64,000 bases of DNA from Phoronis australis (taxonomy: Eukaryota; Animalia; Phoronida): the NCBI GenBank assembly GCA_002633005.1, contig NMRA01000014.1:610955-674954 (forward strand), in the 5' to 3' direction. The translations under genes were made by a program, and so were the position numbers. Under the pieces are notes generated by a model that was not told the DNA's origin, ran no database searches, and saw nothing but the letters and a program-made list of their open reading frames with translations. Positions 24,117-36,142 of the stretch are shown piece by piece (position 1 is the stretch's first letter; the number at the start of each line of letters is the position of its first letter).

Positions 24117-25222
24117 GTGGGTTCGATATCACTGATTAGAAATTGGGATCTAATATTTTGCTGCGAATGATCACTACTCCGATGATTCACTAGTAAGAAG
24201 GGTAATTTATTTGCACGTTCAAACTACTTTCCGACTGCTGTTAATAAGGGCAGTTACTCTTACCTGCAGAAAACAACGCGCGGGTACTATTGCACTTTGT
24301 TTTGGTTCCGTGCACAGGTATATGAAATGGGGCTGCAAAGAATTTCTCATGGATACGGAAAATTGAGTATCATTTCTTACCACTACAAAGTTGTCTGCAG
24401 CATCTCAACCTGACAAACCGCAACGTAATCACGTACAAGACCAGATCAACCGATCAACTATCGTCCTCATAAAATGTAGAATTGCAGACTTGCGATTACT
24501 TGTATTACTTAATTGTTTGATTGTTTAGTGGCACAACCACAAATTTATACCATTGTGTAGTGCCTGCCAAGTTCCCAGAGCACCCACGGTGGTTCAACCA
24601 AGGAGTGTGGTTAGAATAGAAGAGTTAACCCCACCATCTTGGTATTCTCCGCAATGGTTTTAGGTAGAAAAACTAGCGTCCCAAGTGGCAAATAAGCAAC
24701 ACTAAGTTAACGGCGCAATCCAAACTATGTAAATACTGATAAATTCATACTTTAATAGACGTTCGACATTCATCAGCAATAGAATTACTGTGTGATTGAA
24801 AATGGGTAAAAAATGTAAATTAACATAAACTCATCATCGAATGGGAATGAAAATGTGTGATTTGATTAATATTAAAGTGGATTTGCGTTCAGTCTCTTGA
24901 AGCTCCTTTCAAAAACCATCATGGTTTTGTTTCATGTTTGAGTTCTAAGAGCAATTCCACATAAAAACCAGGTGGAGGGCTATATATGGAAAATCTTCAA
25001 TTTTTTTAAACTAAACAAATCAGCTGGCCGTGTCAAAAGAAACACGAGACTGATTTTTTAAGAGTTTCTGAGTTTTTTAACCCTTTTTACGAAGACTTTT
25101 TCTGAAAAATAGCAAACAAAAGTGCTAGGAAGTAGATGACGTTTTGTCAGCAACAACACATCATCGCTTCACGCTATAGAAACAATAACTATATAGCAGA
25201 AAGAAGGAAGAATAACTTACAC

Positions 25223-25345
25223 CGCCAGATAAACTAGACAGTGAGTTGTAAGTTTAACGAATTTAATTCGCAGCCGACAATACAACGAGGCGGAACCGAA
25301 AGGGGACCCCACCAAAAGGGTCATACGAATAACATTGCAATGGCG
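25223..25345 (-). repeat. 3' LTR (123 bp, CGCCA...TGGCG)
   Basis: Direct repeat of 30271-30394. A purine-rich CAGAAAAGGCAATCA lies just upstream on the - strand (weak PPT). Confidence 0.85.
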
Positions 25346-25489
25346 TGATTGCCTTTTCTGTCACAGAAAATGAGGTAAACTTACACTAAGAACGGTTAGT
25401 AGAAAAAAATGGTAAACACAGTGCTAATAAGATTCCCAGTTACTATGGCGTTAACAAATTACAAAGTAAAATCAGTCATAAAGCCAATC

Positions 25490-28400
25490 GTCCCTTTGCC
25501 AATGAAGTTTATGGCGCCGCCGTTGCGATATCATCTAGGCCTCTGGATGAGCAGGGAAGATGAGGGGTTTAACAGCAGGTGTTCTCGTAGAACCAAGCTG
25601 GGGGATGCATCAGGGGGAGGAACGATAGTGGATGGCACAGCTGGGGTGGCCTTTGGGCCACGTGAAGGTGGTACACCGTCGTTGTATCATGGAGCTAGAT
25701 GGCAAGACGAGGGCAACGATGAAACGGAAACTCGTTGTCGTCATCGTGGTCACAAGGGGCAGGGACAGGTGATGCAGCGGGAATGTCAGTAACCTCTGAC
25801 GGAACACGGTAACACTCTTTGCGTTAGACCCGGTAAGAAGCATTAGGTAACTGATCTCCAGAAAATTTCCCAACATTCAACCTCACGCCATCGGAAGCAA
25901 CCACGAGGTATCTTGGACGGGCTCTGGTCTTTTCCCTTTCAGAGTAGAGGTAAACGAGGTCGCCGATGGATTCGTCGTATTCTACTGCCTGGTTGGCCAA
26001 AGGAGCCTTGGATCGTGCACTGGGTCCATGGCTGATGGAGCATCGTTGTCGTTGGGAAGAGATCAACAAGTTTTCATGAACTGGTATTTGGCAATTGGTG
26101 AACTGGTCGCACTGAAACTACATCACTCTGGCAGACAATCCGGTGGAGCGAAGGCCGTTGATTAATCGAGCAACGGCAACGCCCAGGTGTAAGGAACTGC
26201 CAGCTCCATGCTGATCACGCAGTAACTTGTGCGGCAAATCCTGTATGGCCTTCTCTGCGGCATTGTTATGGTTGGGATTCTTGATGCGTCCGATTTCAAT
26301 TCAAATGCTATGACGTTCTAGGAGTTTGTCCTTTTGAAGAGCCTGGAAACTTGAAGCCGGATCTGTACGGATAACTGTACGAAGGCCGTCTAACGAGCGC
26401 AGTTCGGGATACATTTGGAGAAGATCATTTCGAAGATCCTCGTGGTGTTCAGTAGCAATGATAGAAGCCGCTGTGTAAGAAGAGACGCATTCTCGGAGTA
26501 CCAATATAAGCTGTCGCTCGCGCTTCATGACGCCAGTTGAAAAAGACGTCCCAACGGTCGCAGCTGTTTCAGAGGTAATCTACAGGGTCGAGGTTTTGAG
26601 AAAGGAGCGCATTGAACAACATTGATGGCACATGCGTGTGCAACGATCATTGGCAGACTCTAAATCAAGTGCAAAGATGTATCGTTGGGTAAAAAGTTTC
26701 AGTTGATGGGATGTGCTGTGATCCAGCCGTAAATGAAGTGCCGTAAGTAAGCCGTCCAAGATGGGACGTGGAACGATAATGCGTTCTTCAAGAGCGACGA
26801 GAGGCTTGTCCCGCCGAGCCACAAGTAAACCATCTGACGCGATAGTGGCGACGTTGAGATAGCGTTTGACGTCTCGAGCGTTGGTTTCTCTTTTGGAGGG
26901 CCGCGTCCCTTGAATGAGATGAGAGTGTACTCGCCGTAACTCGGGATACTCGGACTGAATGGATAACAAAGATGACCTCGTGGTGAACGGAAGTTTGTGT
27001 TCTCCCTGAAGGACCTTGGCAGCAGTTGCACGGATCACCACACAATCTTCCTGAGTGTTCACGAAAGGGCACACTTGGCAAGAAGCGTCGGTGCACTCTG
27101 GGCTGTGGCGACTCGCAAAGTCGGGGATGATGTTAGTGGCACCAGATACGTGACGAACTATAGTGTTATAGCGAGATACGGTGGAGAGAAAAATCGACAA
27201 GAGAGGACTGACTGAGAATTCGCCCCTGCAGAGATTCTCGAAAGCTTGTACACAAGGCTTGCTGTATGATAGCAGGATGTGCTGACTGAATCAGATAAGG
27301 GCTAAAATGTTGCACGGAAGCAGCAATGGCGAGAGCTTCAATTTCGCATGGGAGCCAAGTAACCTGACGTGATTTCAGTTTCGCACTGAAGAAGCTGCAA
27401 ACACGTGGCGTGTCTTTACGTGAGAGATATTATGTACCAGCGATGCCCGGGTGTTTGGCGGAGGCAACCGTGACTATCCAGAACTGATCGTCCGGTCTGG
27501 GTAGAGTAATAGTCTTATGCGTGGACACTGCCGTTTGGGCTGAGGTGAAAGCAACGTGTAACTCATCGATCCAGGTAATGCGGTCTTTGGAATCGCATCC
27601 AGATATAGCGGAGTCCAGAGGGGCGATGAATGAAGCACAGGCAGGACTCTCGACATAGCTTTCACGGCTTCGATGAAGGATCTCATTTTCCAACAGTACC
27701 AGGTTTGGGACAAGACGAGAGAGCAGCTATCTGATGTGAGCTAGCTTGTAATGAACCCATCTCCCAAATCCAGCCGAGGACTTCTGTGCGTCGTGGGCTA
27801 TGACTGTCTTTGTAGGAGATAGACGGAGATCAACCGAGGACAATGCATATAGCGCCCCTTTCCAGTTGGTTATCAAGTCTGTGATAGTCTGACCACCACG
27901 GTATAGATAGTCAGAAAGCTTGGTGACGGCTCCTTCTTCCAAAATCTCTCCCAATACACGACACGTCAACTCTTTCAAAGCGGTTTCCGAACCGGGCATA
28001 TCCATGGCGCAACGTACGTAGACACGGATACCTCGGAAGGGTGTGGATACGCCACAATAATCATGGACTCTCGTGACAAAGGAATTTGATAGAAGGCAAT
28101 CGTAAGATCAGTGTTTATGATGAACTTCCATTGAGCAAACTTCCGAAACACGGAATCTTCTTTAGGCATCAGAGATGGTTGGGGCTTGGCGTACCGGCCG
28201 ACGTCTGAAAACGCTGTAACTTAACGAAAACTTCCTGTGAGGCGTCTTGACTAGAAACGAGGGATTAAGCTATTATACTGTAATACCAACATCCTCTGGA
28301 CGGGCGGATACTCCCAGGAGCTCTAGCTCGTTGAATTTTTGTTGCGATTCCAGGAGCTTGTCCTTAGAGTATAGGGGGAGACGACCTTTCCTCAGTGGGG

Positions 28401-30257
28401 GTTGCGTAGGACCCATGTTGACAACGGCCTCGAACAGGCCTGCGGCGCCGTTGTACCCAGGGTATTGCGGATCAAATACATGAGCAAATTCGCGATGCAG
28501 GGCGTGGAACCTGTCCCAATCTGCAGCATGTAGAATATTGTCGGGATCGACGGCAACAGAGCGATGATGATCCAAGGCAGTTTTGGGGGATTAAGTACAT
28601 TGGGTGGCTGTCGGGGATCCAGATGGAACCTGCAAAGGAGGAACACGACGTGTACCTGGAAAAACTCCTCATCTCGTCGCAAAAATCGTGATTCGTCGGT
28701 GTCGTTGAACAGGCGAATCTTGCCATTAGTCGGAGCAAAAATGGCGGGTTGTGGGCATAGCTGGGAAACACCCGTGGAGCGGAGGCTAATGCTGTCGCAG
28801 CGAGGTTCGATTGCAAGATGTTCTTCAGGATCGGTGAAATCGGACGGGGCCTTCAACTCAAGACAATCACCAGGCCAGATGGCTGTCTCGTGAGGTGGAC
28901 CAGAAATACGTGGGACAGCCGTGCTGTGGGTCATTGGTGTTGGTTTACGGGTTGGTCGTAAGTGTATGTATATCCGTCGGCCAACGTGATAACCCTACGA
29001 GCAGGTGGTACTGAAATGTCGTTGCAAGTCATAAATTGTGTTGCTGCCAAGACGTTTACGTCAAGGGAATCGATAACAAGACCGTGAAAAACGAAGGAAT
29101 GGTTGTCTCGTGTGAAGACAAGTCCATTTTCCACCACAACCTGTAGAGTAGATGTAACATCGGCCTGCTAGGCGGTTTGGGAATTTATACGAACTTCCGC
29201 GCCCAACGAACGTGCACAACAATCAATTGTCAAACGCACGGGGTTTGATCAACAAATGTGTCGAGATAAGGAGACTGGACTATTATGTGGACGCGAAACG
29301 CGACAGCGGAGTCAAGACAAAACTGCTCGCAAGATATTTTATCTTGAGCGAAGTCCTCCTCGGTGGCGTCGTCAACGTCGGTGGACCGGGCCTTGAGAAA
29401 GGCGCATTTGTCGTCAGGCGGGAGGAACGGGCCCCGAGAGAAGAAGTTGTCCAAGGGATTGCGGGAAGCGGTGGTGCATAAGACGCACGACGGGGTTATG
29501 CGGCGGCGAGGGGAGTTTTGTCTTCGAGCTGGTTATGCGCATGGAGCGAGTGTCCCCGATGCACCTAAGCTCATCAAGTAGTGAGTTCATAGCTTGAGAA
29601 ATTTCAGTCTTAATGGAGGCAAGGGACTTTTTGAGCAACTTCGCGTCGTAACGTTGCTTAACAAGTTGGGTAAACCTGGGTTGAGCATCTGTACCCATAG
29701 GAACACAATAGTCTTTCGAGGGAGGGAGTCATGTCTTCGTCGATGTCGACAGCTTCGCCATGATGCAATATGCCACACCCAACGGTGAGTAAGTTTTCCT
29801 CAAAAAAGAAGTGAGGCGCTGGAATAGGTCTTCAGGACGTTCTTTTGGATCCAATGATATGAGTCCCAGATCTAAGAAATGTGCTCCTGTGGAAGCAAAT
29901 CCGAAATGTTGGCGGATTTTCTACCAAATGTCCTGGACAGAGGTGGATGAATTCACGATAGAATAACGGGATATGACTGGACAAAAATTAGCAATTTGTC
30001 CCACCATGAGCTCTAAATGAGCCGGTTTCTTGTGAGCAGAACGCCGCTGCGGTTATGAAGTGTCGTCGGGGTCGTAGGTCAGACCACGCAGTGGATCAGC
30101 GGCTGTTTTTTGAGCCAACTAATGCAGTCGACAAGAAATGGAGCAAACAGAGGGTCCAATGAAAGGATGTTTAATGAATTTTGCCTCCAGCAATCAAATG
30201 AAGTCATGGTCTCATTTTAGTTAGAGGCCACTGTTTTGGAGCTCGGGTTGTAGCCAT
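25490..30257 (-). pseudogene. gag-pol pseudogene of the Gypsy element
   Basis: Fragment ORFs 29414-29698 (gag), 28931-29137 (protease), 28273-28575, 27975-28169 and 27727-28005 (RT), 27430-27693 (RNase H), 26580-27200, 26301-26528 and 25824-26069 (integrase); many stops and frameshifts. Confidence 0.85.
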
Positions 30258-30270
30258 GTCGCTGCAACCA
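30258..30270 (-). promoter_or_regulatory. Primer-binding site (tRNA-Leu-like)
   Basis: TGGTTGCAGCG differs by one base from TGGTGGCAGCG, the complement of the tRNA-Leu 3' end; adjacent to the LTR. Confidence 0.6.
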
Positions 30271-30394
30271 CGCCAGATAAATTAGACAATGAGTTGTTGG
30301 TTTAAGGAGCTTAATTCGCAGCCGACAATACAACGAGGCGGAAGCGGAAAGGGACCCACCAAACACAGTCGTACGAAATAACAATGCAATGGCG
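30271..30394 (-). repeat. 5' LTR (124 bp, CGCCA...TGGCG)
   Basis: Direct repeat of 25223-25345. Confidence 0.85.
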
Positions 30395-31619
30395 CACGCA
30401 AAAGTAGTTCGGATGGATTGATTGATTTTTTATGTCCTCCCATTTTCGTCTACAAAACTATCATTTTCACTCCTTATTATCAAGGCCAATTTACACATTT
30501 TATCTCTCTCCCAAATCTATATCGGATTCTTTTGGAACATGAGTTAACTTTCATCTGTTACTGCTGCCTTTGTTCAGCCTATTGCGAGAATAAAAATCTT
30601 GTCTCTTTAATAGTTTTTGTGCAGTCAGTTTTTTACATAACTCACACATTTGTCTGCCAATCTGTGACTGTCAGTTAGATTAAAAGACTCTAGGAGGCGC
30701 TACTCGATTGTGCAATTACCTATCGACCAAGATGGAAGTGGAACAATTATCACTCGTTTTGCTACAAGTACATCAGTCAAAGGAGATCATGGGAAGCTGA
30801 ATGAGAGATTTCCTTCGCTGATTTTCAGTTTTGCTGGTGCAAAAATAAAAATACCTATTATAGGATTACAGAACTCAAAAAATCAATTTTAATGTACTGA
30901 TGAGGTAATAATACAACAACCATCACCATCTCATATTTCAGAGAATCAGGTTTTATCCTTATTAATAGTGCCCATTACCCCTTGCCGTAATGGACTAAGA
31001 ATCCCAAGCACTGCCTGCAGTGCATGCTGGTCTTTTTTTAGACCTCCTGGACAAAACCCCTAATATGCGCTTGAAAAGGGTATTCTCAATTTATTAGCAA
31101 AGGTCACACTAAAACTAATCACGATCTAAAAGATCACAAGTGAAAAGAGGACGGAGGATTCTAGCAGAAGTGTCGTGTTATTAGATATACAATGGGTCAC
31201 GCAGTGCTTCTTGTACTACACAAAAGCGCCTGAGGATAGCAAAAGTGCGCCAATGGAATTTGTAATTTCAGAAAAATAACAGGTACGGATATTTCCGATT
31301 GAAAACATAATACTTTCAGTGATAACTAAGTTACCGGCTTTCCAAACCAGTATTTAAGCAATCGGGTGTTGTTGCGACTTACCAGCTAAAAGTTTCATAA
31401 TATGTAAATTCCGTTCATGCGGTGGACTCAAAACCACAGTTTCTTGAAGGTATGCTAGGTTTAGTGTATGATGCATTTCCACACGACACTTCAAAAGACT
31501 GCATTTTGTTTGCTCAGTACACATGTCTAAAATAGACATTTCTCAAAACTAAATAATCACTCCTTTAAAAATCTCAGTAGTTTCACTTCCTTTAGAATCA
31601 TCCATGCAGGCCATCCTAA

Positions 31620-31945
31620 CCGTCTAACTGGATAGGCCTATCAGGTTTGTGCACCTGGGCAGTCAGTAAGTCCAAAGTCGTTAGCGAGAGCTTATACATC
31701 ATTCTAAAGTCATGGCCTGTTGACCCAGGCCAGCAGTTGTGATAAATATGAAGTAACTTTTTAGCAATTGCACCAACAGGAACTAACAAATCAAACTGGC
31801 CAGAAATCCATTGCGACATGTGAAAGTCAACGCGAACTCTCCAGCTCTGGCAAGAATCAATTGTAATCCCGATATACTTTCAAACTTCTGAGGCACTTTG
31901 CACGACCTCAGATGACTTCTGACGTCTTTAACACAGCTGATGCTG
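31620..31945 (-). pseudogene. Sola3-like transposase N-terminal fragment
   Basis: CVKDVRSHLRSCKV...LQLILARAGEF and the downstream VPVG match the LxxCxxDxxxHL...LILARAG...PVGS pattern, also seen at 39663-40060. Confidence 0.5.
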
Positions 31946-31949
31946 GGCC

Positions 31950-33900
31950 ACCAATGATAGATTTGCAGAACACACACCTTGGGTTGCTCTGGATAAAGCA
32001 CTTGACTATCTGTAATGTGTAAAATCTAGTCATTGTTTTGTAATGCAACGCCATTAATGATAACCCAGCAAGCATTTCCTTAGACATAGCAGCCCTCAAA
32101 TGTGTCTTCACACGCACGAGCACGGACAATGGTTTCTGCCTCACAGGATCCAATTAAAAGAGGATACACATCCTATCAATATGCGTCGTGGAACTCATTC
32201 AACCTGTCCGCTTCCTCGTGGTCGCCTTGGAGATGGGCAGGTTTTGTCACCATGAGGTGCATTTTATCGTCTGGAAAGAACTGGTAGCAGTCACCACCGC
32301 GGGAAACAAACAAGGTTTTCTGACCAAACGCATGTCAGTTTATTCCTGAACTCGGTGTTGTTAAGGAGCGTTTGAACTCATTTGCATAGTTCGATCAGGC
32401 CCTGCTATGGCATACATAAAATTTATTTCTTCACGTTCTTTCCGTTTACTGCCAATGGCTGAGATTGCAACGTACTAGTCCCCGAAAAGCCAAACGGTAA
32501 CATCGATAGTGCAACTGATCCGTAAGTTAAGTGCCTGTTCTCGTTTGTGAGATAACTGATTGTACATGCACATGTACAATTCTGCCATCAAATTCCCTCA
32601 CGTAGCCCTGTAGCAAGTTTCCATCTGTTATAGTTCTTTCTGGAACAATTCAAGGTTTTTCAGCATAGCACATTTTTTGATTTGACGTAAGCTCTATCAC
32701 AGTGAGCAAGTGATAACGGATATGATGTGTCTGGATGTGAGAGAAAAAGTTTTTGGAGGTCTAAGTCTGTCCTCTCTGCTACAACCACAATTTAGTGTAT
32801 GAAAAATATCTCCGAGGCTCTCTAGATTTGCCTTGTTTCTCTTTGATGCCGATGACTTCGCTATCAGCAACGATATTTTTGACAGCTGCACGTTTCACTG
32901 GTCAAAGAAACCTGTTGCTGTCGTTTTCCCATTGGTGTTGGAATTTTTCACTAGCATCATGACCTCAGATCAGCGCATGGATCAGGTAGTCTTCCGGTGT
33001 TTGGGATGCTGCTTGGCCAATTGCGATATTAAGCAAACCAGGTGGAGCATCGTACGCAAACGGATTGCAGAAATTGTTGATTATTACACAAGTGATGCCA
33101 TTTGCCGTTATCTTTTTTCATCTTTAAGGACTGCACTGTTTCGATCTTCAAATTCATGCTTTATGCTGCAACCCGGTTAACGGCGATTAACGGACTGTTC
33201 CAAACAGAGGTCAACAGCCTCCTCCTACGTTGCACTGTGAGCGCGCCGTTTTCCTGCACTTCACATAATATTGGGTCTGCGAATTTCAACTTTTGGTAGA
33301 ATAATGTTCGCTATCTTCGCGGTTCAGGGCAAAGAATACATCTAGCATTGTCGTGAAAATGTTGAAAAAGCCAGTGACGTCATTTGTCTTGACGCATCTC
33401 TGGAGTTCTCGCTGTTGATGAGAAAGACGTAGATTGCCCAAAACAGAGAAGGTGTGCCAAATTTGTCATTCAATTATTGTATGCAATGAAGGTAGTTGGA
33501 GCTCAAAAATTACGCAGGCGACAGCAAAAGATGCTAATCGATTATTCCTCGTTTTAGTATTTGTGTCAAATGAACATGTGGTTTTGGATAAAATTCGTCC
33601 AAAAACAGAGGGAGGTAGCTTAGACTGGTAGAGCTACGAAAATTGAGATTCGTGCAAACATAATGTTACTTCCGTCAAGGACGGGCTTTTAGGTTTTGTT
33701 TTTAATAGTGAATCGGGTGGAGAGTATTCCGCTTTTGTCGCATAGACATGTGAGATCGCTCCAACCTCAGGCGCAATGTTTCTGGTTTTCATGCCATGAC
33801 GTGAATTTTGCGGAAAAATCTCTCACTGTATGTCGTTCGGACTAACCAGTGTTATTGAACATCAAAGTGCCTGGTTCCTCAATGTGGTGTTTATTCAGTG
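31950..33900 (-). pseudogene. Degraded hAT transposase (THAP12/P52rIPK-like)
   Basis: C-terminal dimerisation motif LSVLVRVKTHLRAAMSKEMLAGLSLMALHY in ORF 31908-32153. The upstream part is heavily frameshifted and its extent is approximate. Confidence 0.55.
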
Positions 33901-34009
33901 TAAATGGGCTCATGATGAAATTTGGTTTCGACTCTTTGTAAAGCATCTGACGGGGGGCACTCCACAGCTCAAATTGTCGGGCATCTTTCTGCTGTGACAT
34001 GTGCAATTA

Positions 34010-34520
34010 TGCTGAACACCGTGCAATTGGTTTCAAACGGTTACATGAAGATTGACCTAGCTAAACTCAGGTATTTGGGCGTACATGTATTTGGCGGGGC
34101 TGACACACCATTATATTTTTTGTCACTATTTATTCCTTATTCCTGTGCTTACGCTAAATATTTGCAAATGGTTTCATGCGGTTACCTCTTAGGTTGTTCT
34201 AACTCATTTCAGGTATTTGGGCGTGTCTGGAAGGGGGGGGGGTATGCTGAATATCATGCAATTGGTTTCAAACGGTTACGTGGTGGGTTGATGTAGCTCA
34301 ACTCGAGTATATGGTCGTGTCAGGCGGGAATAACCCACACTAGATTTGTCTGGCAGTGTCTATTCGTGATAATTGGGGTCAGGGTGAATATTTCACAACT
34401 GTTTTTACGCACTTACTTTTTGGTTTGATCTAGAACAAATTTTACCCTATTCATAATTGCCTGGCTGATACTCCCCACCACTGAAATTGCCTGGCAGTGA
34501 CCTATATTGAAACATTGGAT
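34010..34520 (+). repeat. Degenerate minisatellite
   Basis: Repeated GCTGAA..TGCAATTGGTTTCAAACGGTTAC...AACTC..GTATTTGGGCGTG units at about 34010, 34150 and 34246. Confidence 0.6.
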
Positions 34521-35439
34521 TACGTAATCGTATACCGACAACCCAGAGCACTTAGCATAGAGGTACCAACACTTGACTATAGGAACACTTAGAGTCCACT
34601 TCAGTATATACAGAAAATGTACCTCGAATATATGAGCTAGCTCCTTTTTTTGGGCTTAGTTTTTTAGTTTATGACGAGCCCTTTCCAGGGGATAGTTTGT
34701 CTGTCATGTATCATTCTGTGTTCATTGCCATGCAATTGTTGTTTATGAGTCTGCCGGTACCTCAAATATCTAATGTAGCTCAAACTTTCAATGGCATACC
34801 AGTAGCGGATCTACGGGGGGTTCAGGAGGTTTAACCCCCCCTCGGGCCAGGACCCAAAAATATGAAAAACAAAAAAACAAAAACGTCTCCAGCAAAATAA
34901 AAGCGACACCGCCAGCGTGTGTAAACCTCAAGTAAACCAACTTGGAAAAAATGAGGGGGGGGGGGGAGTTCACTCTGAAAATATATATTTTTTGCATTGT
35001 GAATTGGTGTTATGAAAATCAACGCTTTTCGAGTCTTCGTGACTCATCGGCAAAACCCCGGAGATCAATTGTGCGCGCGCTTCCGTCGACACTTCTGAAG
35101 TAGACTAACCAAGTATTTTAGATGGATCCACCGCTGAAAGAGCAGCTCTATAGTTGATTTCTTTAGGTAACTAGTTTCTTTCTCTAACATATGTTTTGAT
35201 TTGATTAGGGGAAATACTGTGGTGCCGCAACCCTGATATTCAGGCGAATTGACGTGCAACGTTTTTACCTCATCTGTCATGCCGTGTCATCCTATTACAC
35301 ACCACACTTTTTTTAACTGGTGTATAATAAAGTTGTCTTCCGCAATATCACACAGTGTACATGTTCATGTAATACTTTTGAAAAAAAAACTCGTTTTCCA
35401 AAGAATTGCTATTGTGGCGGGCGCCGTGGTCTGGTCGCG

Positions 35440-36142
35440 AGTCTGTTTGAAGATGCAGTCTAACAAGTTATGTCAACACAAGGAATGACCAAGGAGGCAC
35501 TCACATTGACAAAATGACCCCATTCGCGAACACTGTACAGTGCCAGAAATTTGCTGGGAGGCTGTATTAACACAACAAAGTCTTTCGGGACTCGTGCGAT
35601 GTTCAATAGACCTCCTAAGGAGCCCGAAATGCCTTCCTCAACACCTACCGTCTTTCTACCTATAATAAGCACCACTGCCATTTTCTACACTGGGAATTTC
35701 TGCAGACAGGCCAAACCGACGAAACGCCCATGCTAATGGGCATTTATTTGATGTTAGTACTTCGGGTTTCAAGCGTTCAGACTTTGGGACGTTTATTTCG
35801 AAAACTGCAAGAGATGCAAATGGGTCCTAGGATACATCGTCAAGGTTTGAAGTAGTCCGTGATGAAAGGATCAAATTTAGTTGCGCATGCTATAAGTCTT
35901 TTGAATGGACTTGGTAACCTCAGGGGGCTTAGTGCCAACTGAGCTACGAAACGAGATGCTGACATTGTAGAGGCGTACAAGCTCATCACAGCAGTTGACG
36001 AAGTGCAAGTGTTGGGAACAAACATCAAAGATGTCTGGGTAGAATGGTTCCAAGACGAGCAAACCATTGGATCCGATATACAGATTCCTTGGCAGCCTAG
36101 ACAACAGAAAGATAGGACCAACGTTCCTGGAGAAACACCCAG
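35440..36142 (+). pseudogene. hAT transposase fragment (P52rIPK-like)
   Basis: LRGLSAN*ATKRDADIVEAYKLITAV...VEWFQDEQTIGSDIQIPWQPRQQKDRTNVPGETP, followed by a gt donor, matches the LSxKLQ...DIxxAY...PR..RQxHRxNxPxxTP motif. Confidence 0.6.

Larger units (their letters stand above)
25223..30394 (-). mobile_element. Full-length but decayed Gypsy/Ty3-type LTR retrotransposon
   Basis: Direct repeats at 25223-25345 and 30271-30394. PBS TGGTTGCAGCG directly abuts the 5' LTR. Frameshifted gag (MATTRAPKQWPLTK), protease, RT ([11 protein letters not shown]; PMDMPGSE; KLSDYLY), RNase H (WLPCEIEALAI; DFASR) and integrase (HxxxxH...CxxC, IRTDP, AEKAIQ) in Gypsy order. Confidence 0.9.
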
